A stretch of 64,000 nt of DNA from Abditibacterium sp. (GTDB taxonomy: Bacteria > Armatimonadota > Abditibacteriia > Abditibacteriales > Abditibacteriaceae): positions 1,952,001 to 2,016,000 of the forward strand of contig OZ251992.1 of the NCBI GenBank assembly GCA_965246885.1, given 5' to 3'. The notes under the pieces were generated by a model, which did not search any database, was not told where the DNA came from, and was given only the letters and a program-made list of their open reading frames with translations. Shown piece by piece: positions 38,776-47,083 of this stretch. Made by a program: the position numbers and the translations under genes. Position 1 is the stretch's first letter; each line of letters opens with the position of its first letter.

Positions 38776-40332
38776 ATGCCCACCCAACTCGGCCATTTAT
38801 CGCCCGTCGCTGTCACGTTCTTCTTCTTGTTTATCGGCGTGACGCTGGGCATCACCTATTGGGCCGCGCGGCGCACCAAGACCACCGCCGAGTTCTACGC
38901 GGCGGGCGGCGGGTTGTCCGGCTTTCAAAACGGCCTCGCCTTGGCGGGCGATTATATGAGCGCGGCCAGTTTCTTGGGCATTGCCGGACTGGTTGCAACC
39001 GGTGGGTACGATGGCTTGGTGTACAGCGTCGGCTACCTTGTCGGCTGGCCCGTCGTCATGTTCCTTATCGCGGAGCCGCTCCGCAATCTGGGCAAATACA
39101 CCTTCGCCGATGTCGTCGCCTACCGCTTGCAGCCCCGACCCGTCAAGACAATGGCCGCCATCGGCTCCGTCACCACCGTCGTCATTTACCTGACCGCCCA
39201 GATGGTGGGCGCCGGGAAGCTCATCGAACTGATGTTCGGCCTCTCCTACGAGTCCGCGCTGCTCGGCGTGGGTGCCCTGATGATCGCCTACGTTCTGTTC
39301 GGCGGCATGCTGGCGACGACGTGGGTACAAATCATCAAGGCCGTTCTGCTTATTGGCGGCGCGACGATGCTGGTGCTTCTCGTCTTGAACCACTTTGGCT
39401 GGAGCTACGGCAACTTGTTCGACGCCGTTGCGCGCGTTCCCGGTGGCGATAAGCTCCTCACTCCGGGGCACCTGAAAGTGGCGACCTCGCCCTTCGATCT
39501 TATCTCCCTCGCCGTCGGGCTAATGTTCGGGACGGCGGGCTTGCCGCATATCCTGATGCGCTTTTACACTGTTCCCGATGCGCGCGAAGCGCGCAAGTCG
39601 GTGTGGGTGGCGACGGGGTTCATCGGCTACTTTTACATCCTCACCTTTACCATCGGCTACGGCGCGGCAGCTTTGGTGGCGGCCAAATTTCTCGCCAAGC
39701 CCAAGCCCGGCACGCCCGGCATGGGCACCAACGTTGCGGCGCCCATGCTCGCGGAAATTCTGGGCGGCGGGCCGTTTCTGGGCTTCTTGTGCGCCGTCGC
39801 TTTCGCCACCATCTTGGCAGTTGTGGCGGGCCTCACGCTCGCGGGCGCGTCCGCCATTTCGCACGACCTGTATGCGGGCGTCGTCCGAGGCGGCGCGAGC
39901 GACGAGAAGGCCGAAGTGCGCGTCGCCAAAATCGCCACCGTTGCCCTTGGCGTCGTCGCCGTTGTGTGCGGGTGGCTGTTCAAGGAAGTCAACGTCGCCT
40001 TTATGGTCGGCCTCGCCTTTGCCGTCGCCGCAAGTGCCAACTTCCCGGCGCTCTTCCTGTCGGTCTTTTGGAAGCGATTCACCACACAAGCCGCCGTCGC
40101 CTCAATGGTTGTTGGCCTCACCTCCGCCGTTTTGCTCATCGTCTTGTCGCCCACCGTCTGGACGGATGTCTTGCACCTGACCTCCAAGCCACCCGTGTCG
40201 CTCAAGAACCCCGCGCTGATTTCAATGTCCCTCTCGTTCCTGACCGGTTGGCTCGTGTCGCTCTTTACCCGCGACGAGGCGGCGAGCGCCGGTTTCGAGG
40301 AGCAGCAAATCCGCGCCACTTTCGGCTCCTGA
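38776..40332 (+). CDS. actP: Cation/acetate symporter (sodium:solute symporter family)
   Basis: QNGLALAGDYMSAASFLG, GTAGLPHILMRFYTVP and AFATILAVVAGL. Confidence 0.93.
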   Translation: MPTQLGHLSPVAVTFFFLFIGVTLGITYWAARRTKTTAEFYAAGGGLSGFQNGLALAGDYMSAASFLGIAGLVATGGYDGLVYSVGYLVGWPVVMFLIAEPLRNLGKYTFADVVAYRLQPRPVKTMAAIGSVTTVVIYLTAQMVGAGKLIELMFGLSYESALLGVGALMIAYVLFGGMLATTWVQIIKAVLLIGGATMLVLLVLNHFGWSYGNLFDAVARVPGGDKLLTPGHLKVATSPFDLISLAVGLMFGTAGLPHILMRFYTVPDAREARKSVWVATGFIGYFYILTFTIGYGAAALVAAKFLAKPKPGTPGMGTNVAAPMLAEILGGGPFLGFLCAVAFATILAVVAGLTLAGASAISHDLYAGVVRGGASDEKAEVRVAKIATVALGVVAVVCGWLFKEVNVAFMVGLAFAVAASANFPALFLSVFWKRFTTQAAVASMVVGLTSAVLLIVLSPTVWTDVLHLTSKPPVSLKNPALISMSLSFLTGWLVSLFTRDEAASAGFEEQQIRATFGS

Positions 40333-40389
40333 TAAATAATTCCTCGGATAGGGAACATTGCGCGGCGGGTCGCGGTCGAGGGCGGCGTA

Positions 40390-41253
40390 ATGAAACGCAA
40401 AACCTTTGACGCCTCGAAAGCTCCGGCTTGGATCCCGCTCGACAGCGTGCGGGTCGCCTCGCCCTGCCATGCCGACTGGGACGCCATGCGCGGCGACGAC
40501 CGCGCCCGCTTTTGCCCGTCGTGCGCCAAGAACGTCTACAACCTGTCCGCCATGACCGCGCCCGAAGCGCAGGCGCTCCTCGCCGACAAAGCGGGGAGCT
40601 TGTGCGTGCGCTTTTACCAGCGCGAAGACGGCACCATGCTCACGCAAGACTGCCCCGTCGGAGTCGCCGCCCTCAAGGAGCGCTCGCCCTCCTTCGCGCT
40701 GTGGGCGGGCGTCGCCTCGCTTCTCGCAGTAGTCGCTGCCCTCGCGTCGCCCTCCTTCTTGACAGGCGCGCACGCCCAACCGGAAAGCGGCGCCGACCCT
40801 GCGCCTACCGCAACTGCCACACCTCTCTCTGGCCCCGCCATCGTCATGGGCGACGTCGCCGGTGTCGTCTTGCCTACCGCGACCCCGCAACCGCCCACCA
40901 CCGTCACGATGGGCGCGCCCATCCCCCCAACCCCCCCCCCGTTGCCCCCACCGCCCCCCGCTGCAACTCCCGTTGCGCCGCGCGTCTCCATCACCGGCAA
41001 CGTCGCCGTCGCGCCAGTGCCGAGTGCGACACCCGCGCCGGTCAAGCACGTCAGGATGGGCAAGTTCGCCGCGCCCACCCCCAAGCCTGTGCCCACTCCG
41101 ACGCCGTCCGATGCTGTCGCTGTGATGGGAGGCATGAGGCCACCGGTTCCCACCCCCGCCCCCTTAATGGGCCGGATGGTTCGCCCGCATACTCCCAAAG
41201 CGCACGTCCATACTCCCTTCAAAGCGAAGAAGCCGCGCCGCAAGCACGGTTAA
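40390..41253 (+). CDS. Hypothetical protein: Cys-rich N-terminal domain, TM helix, Pro-rich tail
   Basis: SPCHADWDAM...FCPSCAKNVYNLS...LCVRFYQREDG, then a hydrophobic segment and Pro/Thr/Ala low complexity. Confidence 0.75.
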   Translation: MKRKTFDASKAPAWIPLDSVRVASPCHADWDAMRGDDRARFCPSCAKNVYNLSAMTAPEAQALLADKAGSLCVRFYQREDGTMLTQDCPVGVAALKERSPSFALWAGVASLLAVVAALASPSFLTGAHAQPESGADPAPTATATPLSGPAIVMGDVAGVVLPTATPQPPTTVTMGAPIPPTPPPLPPPPPAATPVAPRVSITGNVAVAPVPSATPAPVKHVRMGKFAAPTPKPVPTPTPSDAVAVMGGMRPPVPTPAPLMGRMVRPHTPKAHVHTPFKAKKPRRKHG

Positions 41254-41256
41254 AAG

Positions 41257-41362
41257 CAAGCGGCTAAAGTCGCAGCCAGCGAGATTGTCGGCCTTCGCCG
41301 ACAAGCATGCCCATTCGTCAACGACGGTTGACGATCCCACTGGCTGCGACTTTAGCCGCTTG
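41257..41362. repeat. REP-like branched palindrome, family A
   Basis: 23-bp outer arms (41257-41279/41340-41362) enclose hairpins TTGTCGGCCTTCGCCGACAA and TCGTCAAC...GTTGACGA; lies between convergent genes. Confidence 0.88.
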
Positions 41363-43790
41363 TCATAGCGGGTGGGCACTCCCACAGCGTCCACCCCGGC
41401 GCCGTTTCGCGGACTCGGACGGGAATGGGCAGGGAAGGGAGCGGGAGGGTGTCGGGCGCGAGGATGAGAGTGCCCCGTCCGTTCAGCACCACTTTGCGGA
41501 GTGTGGTTTCATCATTCGTGTTGGTGATCTGCGCCGGGTGCCCCAAAACGAACCGCACGCTGGGGCGCCCCGGCTTGAGGCGATAAAGCACCAACTGCCG
41601 CCCCGCGTCCAAGTCGGGCAGCGTTCGGCGGGCCAAACCGTGCAGGGGCGCGATGTCGTGCCGGTTCCAGATGGGTAGCCCTATGCCTGCCAGCACCACT
41701 GTTAGCAGGGCGTTCATCAACACTCCGCCCATGACAACCGAAGCCGCGCGCTTCCAACCCCACAGCATCGCGGCGGTGCCGAGCACTAACAGGGTGCCCA
41801 TAAGCGTCGTCGCCGGGGCGAGCAGGACTATGGGAACGGCGGTCTTGGCCGCTACGTCGTGACCTGCTAAGGTCACGACTGTCGCCCCCCGCCACGTCCA
41901 CCCCAGCGCGCCAACTGCTAACAGTAGCGCCCCCAGTAGCGCGCCGACCAGCCCCACTCCCCACGCTTCCCCCTTCGCTATGGCGCCCCGCGATGCCCAA
42001 GCCGCATCCAAACGCGCCGCCACCAACACGCACAGCGCAGGCACGGCGGGCGCCACATAAGACGGCAACTTCGAGCGCGACACCGAAAAGAAGACCAGCA
42101 CCGTCGCCGCCCACACCGCCCATCCGAACAGCGCGCGCTCGAACGGCTCCTGCGCCAGCCGCGCCCGCCACCCGCGCCACCACGCGAGCGGCGCCAGCAG
42201 GCTCCAAGGGAACATCCCGACCAACATCACCGGCACATACGCCCAAGGCGGCGCGTTGTGGCCAAAGTCCCGCCCCAGAAAGCGCTCGATATGATTGTGG
42301 ACGATGTATTCCTGAACGAACTCCGCCCCCGTCGCGCGCCACATGGCGATGTGCCAAGGCGCCACCACCACCACAAACACCAGCGCCATCCACCCCCAAG
42401 GCACCCCGCGCCACGCCGCGCGGTCGCGGCGCAATGACCAAAGCAGCGCGAGCGTCACGGCGGGAAGCAGCAGCCCTACCACGCCCTTGGTCATCACCGC
42501 GAGGGCGACGGCGAGCGCCATTAGGAGATACGCGCGGCGCCTCATGTTTTCCTGCAAAGCGTGCGGGGAAAGTCTCGCTCTGTCATTGCGAGGGGAGCCT
42601 TGGCGACCAGAGGAATCTAATGACTGCGGCCCGTTCGGGACTGACGACGAACCGGGAGTAGATTCCTCTGGTCGCCAAGGCTCCCCTCGCAATGACAGAG
42701 CGGAGCGGTTCTGGCCTGCTTCGGGCTTGCCATACTCCCCCACTGCGTCGGCTTCCAGAATCGCCATGACTGCGAGGGTTTGGAACAGCGTCAGGAGGGC
42801 GTCCAACACCGCCTCGTGCGACAGGGTGAACGTGAGCGGGCAAAACAGAAACAGCGCGGCGGCGATCCAGCCCATCCGCTCGCGGCCCATCCGCTTGCAC
42901 CACCACCACAGCGCCATCGCCGTCAAAGCCGTCGCTATAGCCGACGGCAAGCGCGCCGCAGTTGGGATGAAACCCATCAAGCGCATGGCGAGCGCCTCGC
43001 ACCAATAAAAGAGCGGCGGCTTATCGTAAAAGACGTCCAGCCCCACGCGCGGCACGATCCAGTTGCCCGACTCGACCATGCCCCGCGCCACTGTTCCGTA
43101 GTACCCCTCGTCCAAGTCGAACAACCCCGCCCCGCTAAGGCCGAAAAAGCAGCCGAAGTAGAGCGCGATGCCCGCCCCGGCGACGCGCAAAGTCCGTTCG
43201 CGCGGCGCCGTCCACAAGCGCGGCACGAGCACCCCGCCTTCTTGCCGCGCCACCGTGTGCGCCACGAGTAGCCCCATCACCGCGCCCATGAACACCTGAT
43301 ACGGATAATGCGCCTGCACTTCGACGCGCGACCAGCCAATCCCCAGCGCAAAGGCGAACCAAAACGGCGCGAGGCGGGGCCGCGCTTGCAACACCAGCCA
43401 CGACAGCGCAAAAGCGAACGACGTATGACCACTCGGAAAGCCGCTCGGACTGCCACTGGGCCGTGTGAGTTGGGTGAACACCTTCAGCGCTTGCACGAGC
43501 AGCGTATTACACAGGATGATGTCCAGCCACCACCACTGGGCACGGCGCTCCGGATGGCGCCAGCCCCACCATAGCAGGAACACGAGGCTGACACCGATGA
43601 AAGTGCTGTTGCCGATGCCACTGAACAATTGACCAACTCGCTCGACGCCCTTGTCCGGTGTGTAAAGCAGGGACATCGGCCCGATGAGCGAGAGCGCCAC
43701 CCACGCGGGCCACAGCGCCCGCGAAGGCGCCGGGGGCATCTGTTTGGTGGGCGTCGGGGCGGACGGGCGGAGAGGGGTCACATCGTTCAT
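41352..43790 (-). CDS. PAP2 phosphatase - ArnT/PMT_2 (GT-C) glycosyltransferase fusion
   Basis: PAP2 motifs K-x6-RP, FPSGH and SRVEVQAHYPYQV; ArnT motifs DLDEGYY, YDKPPLFYW, ARLPSA, MTKG and SKLPSY. Confidence 0.88.
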   Translation of the reverse strand: MNDVTPLRPSAPTPTKQMPPAPSRALWPAWVALSLIGPMSLLYTPDKGVERVGQLFSGIGNSTFIGVSLVFLLWWGWRHPERRAQWWWLDIILCNTLLVQALKVFTQLTRPSGSPSGFPSGHTSFAFALSWLVLQARPRLAPFWFAFALGIGWSRVEVQAHYPYQVFMGAVMGLLVAHTVARQEGGVLVPRLWTAPRERTLRVAGAGIALYFGCFFGLSGAGLFDLDEGYYGTVARGMVESGNWIVPRVGLDVFYDKPPLFYWCEALAMRLMGFIPTAARLPSAIATALTAMALWWWCKRMGRERMGWIAAALFLFCPLTFTLSHEAVLDALLTLFQTLAVMAILEADAVGEYGKPEAGQNRSALSLRGEPWRPEESTPGSSSVPNGPQSLDSSGRQGSPRNDRARLSPHALQENMRRRAYLLMALAVALAVMTKGVVGLLLPAVTLALLWSLRRDRAAWRGVPWGWMALVFVVVVAPWHIAMWRATGAEFVQEYIVHNHIERFLGRDFGHNAPPWAYVPVMLVGMFPWSLLAPLAWWRGWRARLAQEPFERALFGWAVWAATVLVFFSVSRSKLPSYVAPAVPALCVLVAARLDAAWASRGAIAKGEAWGVGLVGALLGALLLAVGALGWTWRGATVVTLAGHDVAAKTAVPIVLLAPATTLMGTLLVLGTAAMLWGWKRAASVVMGGVLMNALLTVVLAGIGLPIWNRHDIAPLHGLARRTLPDLDAGRQLVLYRLKPGRPSVRFVLGHPAQITNTNDETTLRKVVLNGRGTLILAPDTLPLPSLPIPVRVRETAPGWTLWECPPAMTSG
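42576..42702. repeat. Palindromic element (44-bp perfect arms, GTCATTGCGAG...CTCGCAATGAC type) within the CDS, frame kept open
   Basis: Arms 42576-42619 and 42659-42702 are exact reverse complements; read through as RSALSLRGEPWRPEES...SSGRQGSPRNDRAR. Confidence 0.9.
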
Positions 43791-43842
43791 CGGTAGGGTC
43801 GAGTATGCGAAGAGGAACGGCTTCCCGGAACGAAAGACAGAC

Positions 43843-43926
43843 GTCTGTCACCGCGTCGCCCATGCGCGCCATTGCGTCGCCCATGCGCGCCACTGCGTCG
43901 CCGGGGTCTGTCATTGCGTCTGGGGA
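43843..43926. repeat. Intergenic 21-bp tandem repeat, 4 units
   Basis: Units start at 43843, 43864, 43885 and 43906; core CA(C/T)(C/T)GCGTC. Confidence 0.8.
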
Positions 43927-43956
43927 GGCGTTCCCCGCGCGGCGGACGCCAGTTTC

Positions 43957-45642
43957 TCACTTGCCGATTTTGTCGGCGGTCGTCAGGAGCCAGTCGAGGT
44001 TTTGCACGCCTTGTTCCGCCGACAAAATGAGGTCGTCTTCTTTCCAGCAGGTGCGCACGAAGTTGCCGACGAGGTAATCCACCGGGTCGGGGTAGTGCGA
44101 AATGTAGCCATCGGGCGCGACGTACTGGGCGATGTAGGAGTTGCCTTCGCCCTTGACGCCCGCGTACTGCACGACGCGCCCGTTGAACGAGAAGCGGCGG
44201 CGCGGCGGACGGTTATCCACAATTTTGTCGAACCAACGCACGATGGCGCGGCACATCAACAAGCGCCCGCCCTCACATTGCACGCCAAAGCGCGCGAAGA
44301 TCTCCGTCGTGACTCCGGTTTGGGAAGCGGACATTTGCACGCTGTCTTTGAGTATCTGCGCGCCCTCGCCCGCCAAATACTGCGCGACGGAAAGCGGATG
44401 CGAGGCGAGTTCGATCCACAACTCCTTGGGGTCGCGCGGCGATTTGACGTTGAGGGTTTCGATTTCCATTGCGAAATCGCCCACTTCCAAAGGCGACACG
44501 CCCGCCAAACGGCAGACGATGGGCGTAGCGGCGCCATATTGCAACTGGGTCGCTAAGACAAGCTCGCGCTTGGCGGCGGCGCGCAGCAGTTCTTTGGCGC
44601 CGTCCATGTTTTCGCGTTTGGAGCGTCCCGGCGAATACACGAGCGGCTTTTCGCATAAGACATGGACGCCCGCTTCCAAGCACTGCATCGCTTGGGCGTA
44701 GTGGAAGGGCGACGGCGACGCGATTACGGCGGCTTGGGGTTGGACTTTGGCGAGGAGTTCGCCCAAATCGCTGTACCCTTCGCCCGCGAAACCGATGCTT
44801 CCGGCCAAGTGCGCGCGGGTGCGCTCGATGCTGTCCTCGCTTGTGCCCAAAAACGCTACCACTTCGCCGCCGTTTTTGGTCATCCAACGCGCGTGGTCTT
44901 TGCCGATGCCCGACGCGCCCAAGATTGCCACTCGCAACCGGGGCCGGAGCGGAGCGACGGTGGCGAAGGGGTCATCCGCCGTCACGTATTGCACGCCTTT
45001 ATCCGCTTCGGGGGGTGCGATGAGCGGGGCGGGCGCGGGAGCGGTCGGGGCAGGGGTGAGGAAAACGGCGGGGGTGACGGACGCGCGGACTTCGGGCAAG
45101 TCCGTTAGCTCTTCGTCTCGTTGCGCAAAAGGCGAGGGCGGAGCGACGAACGACGAGGCCGCTTCGGGGCTGGCGGGCGCGGGCGCATCGTCGAGCTTGT
45201 AGCCCGCGAAGCCGGTTTTAGCGGCGGGCTTTTCCGCTTCGGAAGCGGGAGCATTGGCTTCGATGGGCGCGATGTCGAGCGGCAACGGCAGCGCGGGCGG
45301 AGCAAAGGAGATGTCTCCGACATCGGGCGCGGAGCCGGTGTTGGTGGCCCAGTTGGGACGCTCGGCGTCCAGTGGGGACGCGACGTCGAGGCGGAACGCT
45401 TCGTCGGCTTGCGCTGAGGACGAAGCCGACGAAGCGGCGGGCGGGTGGGGCGGCGCGATGGGAGTTGGCTCGTCCGCGAGGAGATGGGGGGCGCTCTCGT
45501 CGTCTATGGGGTCAAAGCCAAAATCGGCGAACGGGTCGTCTTCAAGGGGCGGTTCATGCGCCGCGTCGGACGCCGGGGCGGGGGGAGCGCCCTCGTCCGC
45601 GTGAGGCTTTTCGTCGAAGAAGGAGAAGTTGAACGTGTCCAC
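43957..45642 (-). CDS. Gfo/Idh/MocA oxidoreductase with a long acidic Pro-rich N-terminal extension
   Basis: LRVAILGASGIGKDH, IASPSPFH and HVLCEKPL after about 230 low-complexity residues. Confidence 0.82.
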   Translation of the reverse strand: MDTFNFSFFDEKPHADEGAPPAPASDAAHEPPLEDDPFADFGFDPIDDESAPHLLADEPTPIAPPHPPAASSASSSAQADEAFRLDVASPLDAERPNWATNTGSAPDVGDISFAPPALPLPLDIAPIEANAPASEAEKPAAKTGFAGYKLDDAPAPASPEAASSFVAPPSPFAQRDEELTDLPEVRASVTPAVFLTPAPTAPAPAPLIAPPEADKGVQYVTADDPFATVAPLRPRLRVAILGASGIGKDHARWMTKNGGEVVAFLGTSEDSIERTRAHLAGSIGFAGEGYSDLGELLAKVQPQAAVIASPSPFHYAQAMQCLEAGVHVLCEKPLVYSPGRSKRENMDGAKELLRAAAKRELVLATQLQYGAATPIVCRLAGVSPLEVGDFAMEIETLNVKSPRDPKELWIELASHPLSVAQYLAGEGAQILKDSVQMSASQTGVTTEIFARFGVQCEGGRLLMCRAIVRWFDKIVDNRPPRRRFSFNGRVVQYAGVKGEGNSYIAQYVAPDGYISHYPDPVDYLVGNFVRTCWKEDDLILSAEQGVQNLDWLLTTADKIGK

Positions 45643-45687
45643 TGTGGAAAGTGTGCCCTATTTGCGTGTACGCCATGCGCGAAACGC

Positions 45688-45722
45688 AAAAAAGCCGCGC
45701 TTCGGGCAGAAGCGCGGCTTTT
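45688..45722 (-). terminator. Intrinsic terminator (potentially bidirectional)
   Basis: GCCGCGCTTC/GAAGCGCGGC stem with a 5-nt loop, flanked by A6 (U6 on the minus strand) and T4. Confidence 0.85.
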
Positions 45723-45895
45723 AGAACGGTGAGCGCGCGGGATTATCCTGAACGGATAGTTCCACCACGCTCTTGAAGGCCGTTACAGAAGGTGGTCTGA
45801 AGGTTCAGACGCGCCCTCAAGAGCGAGTTCAGGACTCGCGCTCACCTCGGCCAAATTGTCTACTACTAATATGGACCACCTCCTTGGTTGGTTGC
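45688..45895 (-). ncRNA. Putative structured small RNA (about 205 nt) with an extended SD-like 5' segment
   Basis: Bounded by a near-consensus promoter and a terminator. Nested stems 45728-37/45837-46, 45746-53/45827-34 and 45768-80/45813-25; A-C mismatches become G-U pairs only on the minus strand; no AUG-initiated ORF. Confidence 0.65.
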
Positions 45896-45900
45896 CAACC

Positions 45901-45929
45901 AGTATAAATGCAGTCAAGTGCGATGGCAA
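45901..45929 (-). promoter_or_regulatory. Sigma70-type promoter
   Basis: Minus strand TTGCCA (45929-45924), 17-bp spacer, TATACT (45906-45901). Confidence 0.75.
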
Positions 45930-45954
45930 GCCCTTCTGCCACACTATTTCTATC

Positions 45955-47043
45955 ATGCCCGAACTCACCCGTACCCCCAATTTCAACGCTGGCCCCGCCG
46001 CCTTGCCTTTGCCCGTCTTGGAGCGGGTGCGGGCCGAACTGCTCGACCTCGACGGCACCGGCATGTCCGTCATGGAATGGAGCCACCGCTCCAGGGGGTT
46101 CGAGGCCATTAACAACAACGCCCAAAGCGCGCTCAAGCGGTTGCTCGGCTTGAGCGACGACTGGGAAGTGCTGTTCCTTCAAGGCGGCGCCAGTTTGCAG
46201 TTCTCGATGGCGCCGATGAACCTCTTGCAACACGGCGCGCGCGCCGATTACCTCGTGCACGGCTCGTGGGGGCGCAAAGCGCTCGCCGAAGCTAAAAAAG
46301 AAGGCGCCGCGCGTGTTGCCGCTTCTTCCGAAGAGGCCGGGTGGAAGCGCGTGCCAACGCCCGCAGAGTTCGAGTTGGACGCCCATGCCAAATACGTCCA
46401 CTTCACCTCCAACGAGACAATCGAAGGCGTGCAGTGGCCAAGCGAACCCGATGTGGGGAAGGTGCGCTTGGTTTGCGACGCTTCCAGCGACATTTTGTCG
46501 CGCCCCATCAACGCCCAAAAGTATGGCCTCATCTATGGCGGCGCGCAAAAGAACATCGGGCCGTCGGGCGTCACCGTTGTGTGTATTCGCCGCGACTGGA
46601 TTGAGCCGCTTCCCACGCTTCCGACCATGCTCTCCTATGCCACCCACGCCAAAGAGCGTTCGCTGTACAACACCCCCGCGACTTTTGGCATTTATATGGT
46701 CGGCCTCGTGTGCGAGTGGATAGAAGGGCACGGCGGCGTAACAGGCATGGCCGCGCGCAACGCCGCCAAAGCCAAGGCGCTGTATGACGCCATAGACGCC
46801 AGCGCCTTTTATTCTGGCTTCGCCGAACGGGAAAGCCGCTCGCAAATGAACGTGACGTTCCGCTTGTCCGATGCCGCCTTGGAAGCGCGCTTTGCCGAAG
46901 AAGCCGCCCACGCGGGCATGGTCGGGCTGAAGGGGCACCGCAGCGTCGGGGGCTTGCGCGCGTCGTTATATAACGCCGTCGAGATGGAGTGGGTCGAGGC
47001 GCTCGTGCAGTTTATGCGCGAGTTTGAGCGCGTCAACGGCTAA
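45955..47043 (+). CDS. serC: Phosphoserine aminotransferase
   Basis: NFNAGPAALP, SVMEWSHRS, FLQGGASLQF, GAQKNIGP and GHRSVGGLRASLYNA. Confidence 0.97.
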   Translation: MPELTRTPNFNAGPAALPLPVLERVRAELLDLDGTGMSVMEWSHRSRGFEAINNNAQSALKRLLGLSDDWEVLFLQGGASLQFSMAPMNLLQHGARADYLVHGSWGRKALAEAKKEGAARVAASSEEAGWKRVPTPAEFELDAHAKYVHFTSNETIEGVQWPSEPDVGKVRLVCDASSDILSRPINAQKYGLIYGGAQKNIGPSGVTVVCIRRDWIEPLPTLPTMLSYATHAKERSLYNTPATFGIYMVGLVCEWIEGHGGVTGMAARNAAKAKALYDAIDASAFYSGFAERESRSQMNVTFRLSDAALEARFAEEAAHAGMVGLKGHRSVGGLRASLYNAVEMEWVEALVQFMREFERVNG

Positions 47044-47083
47044 GTCGCGCCCAAAGGAGACATAATCGGTTAAATTATCAATC

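Noticed and set aside
45728..45846. Firm call as 6S RNA, tmRNA or SRP RNA
   Set aside because: The rod has only a one-sided bulge and an unpaired 5' leader, with no tRNA-like ends or SRP loop motif. Left as an unclassified ncRNA pending cmscan.
45872..45885. Fragment of a 16S rRNA 3' end (plus strand TGGACCACCTCCTT)
   Set aside because: No other 16S sequence adjoins it; promoter, terminator and G-U pairs all point to a minus-strand transcript.
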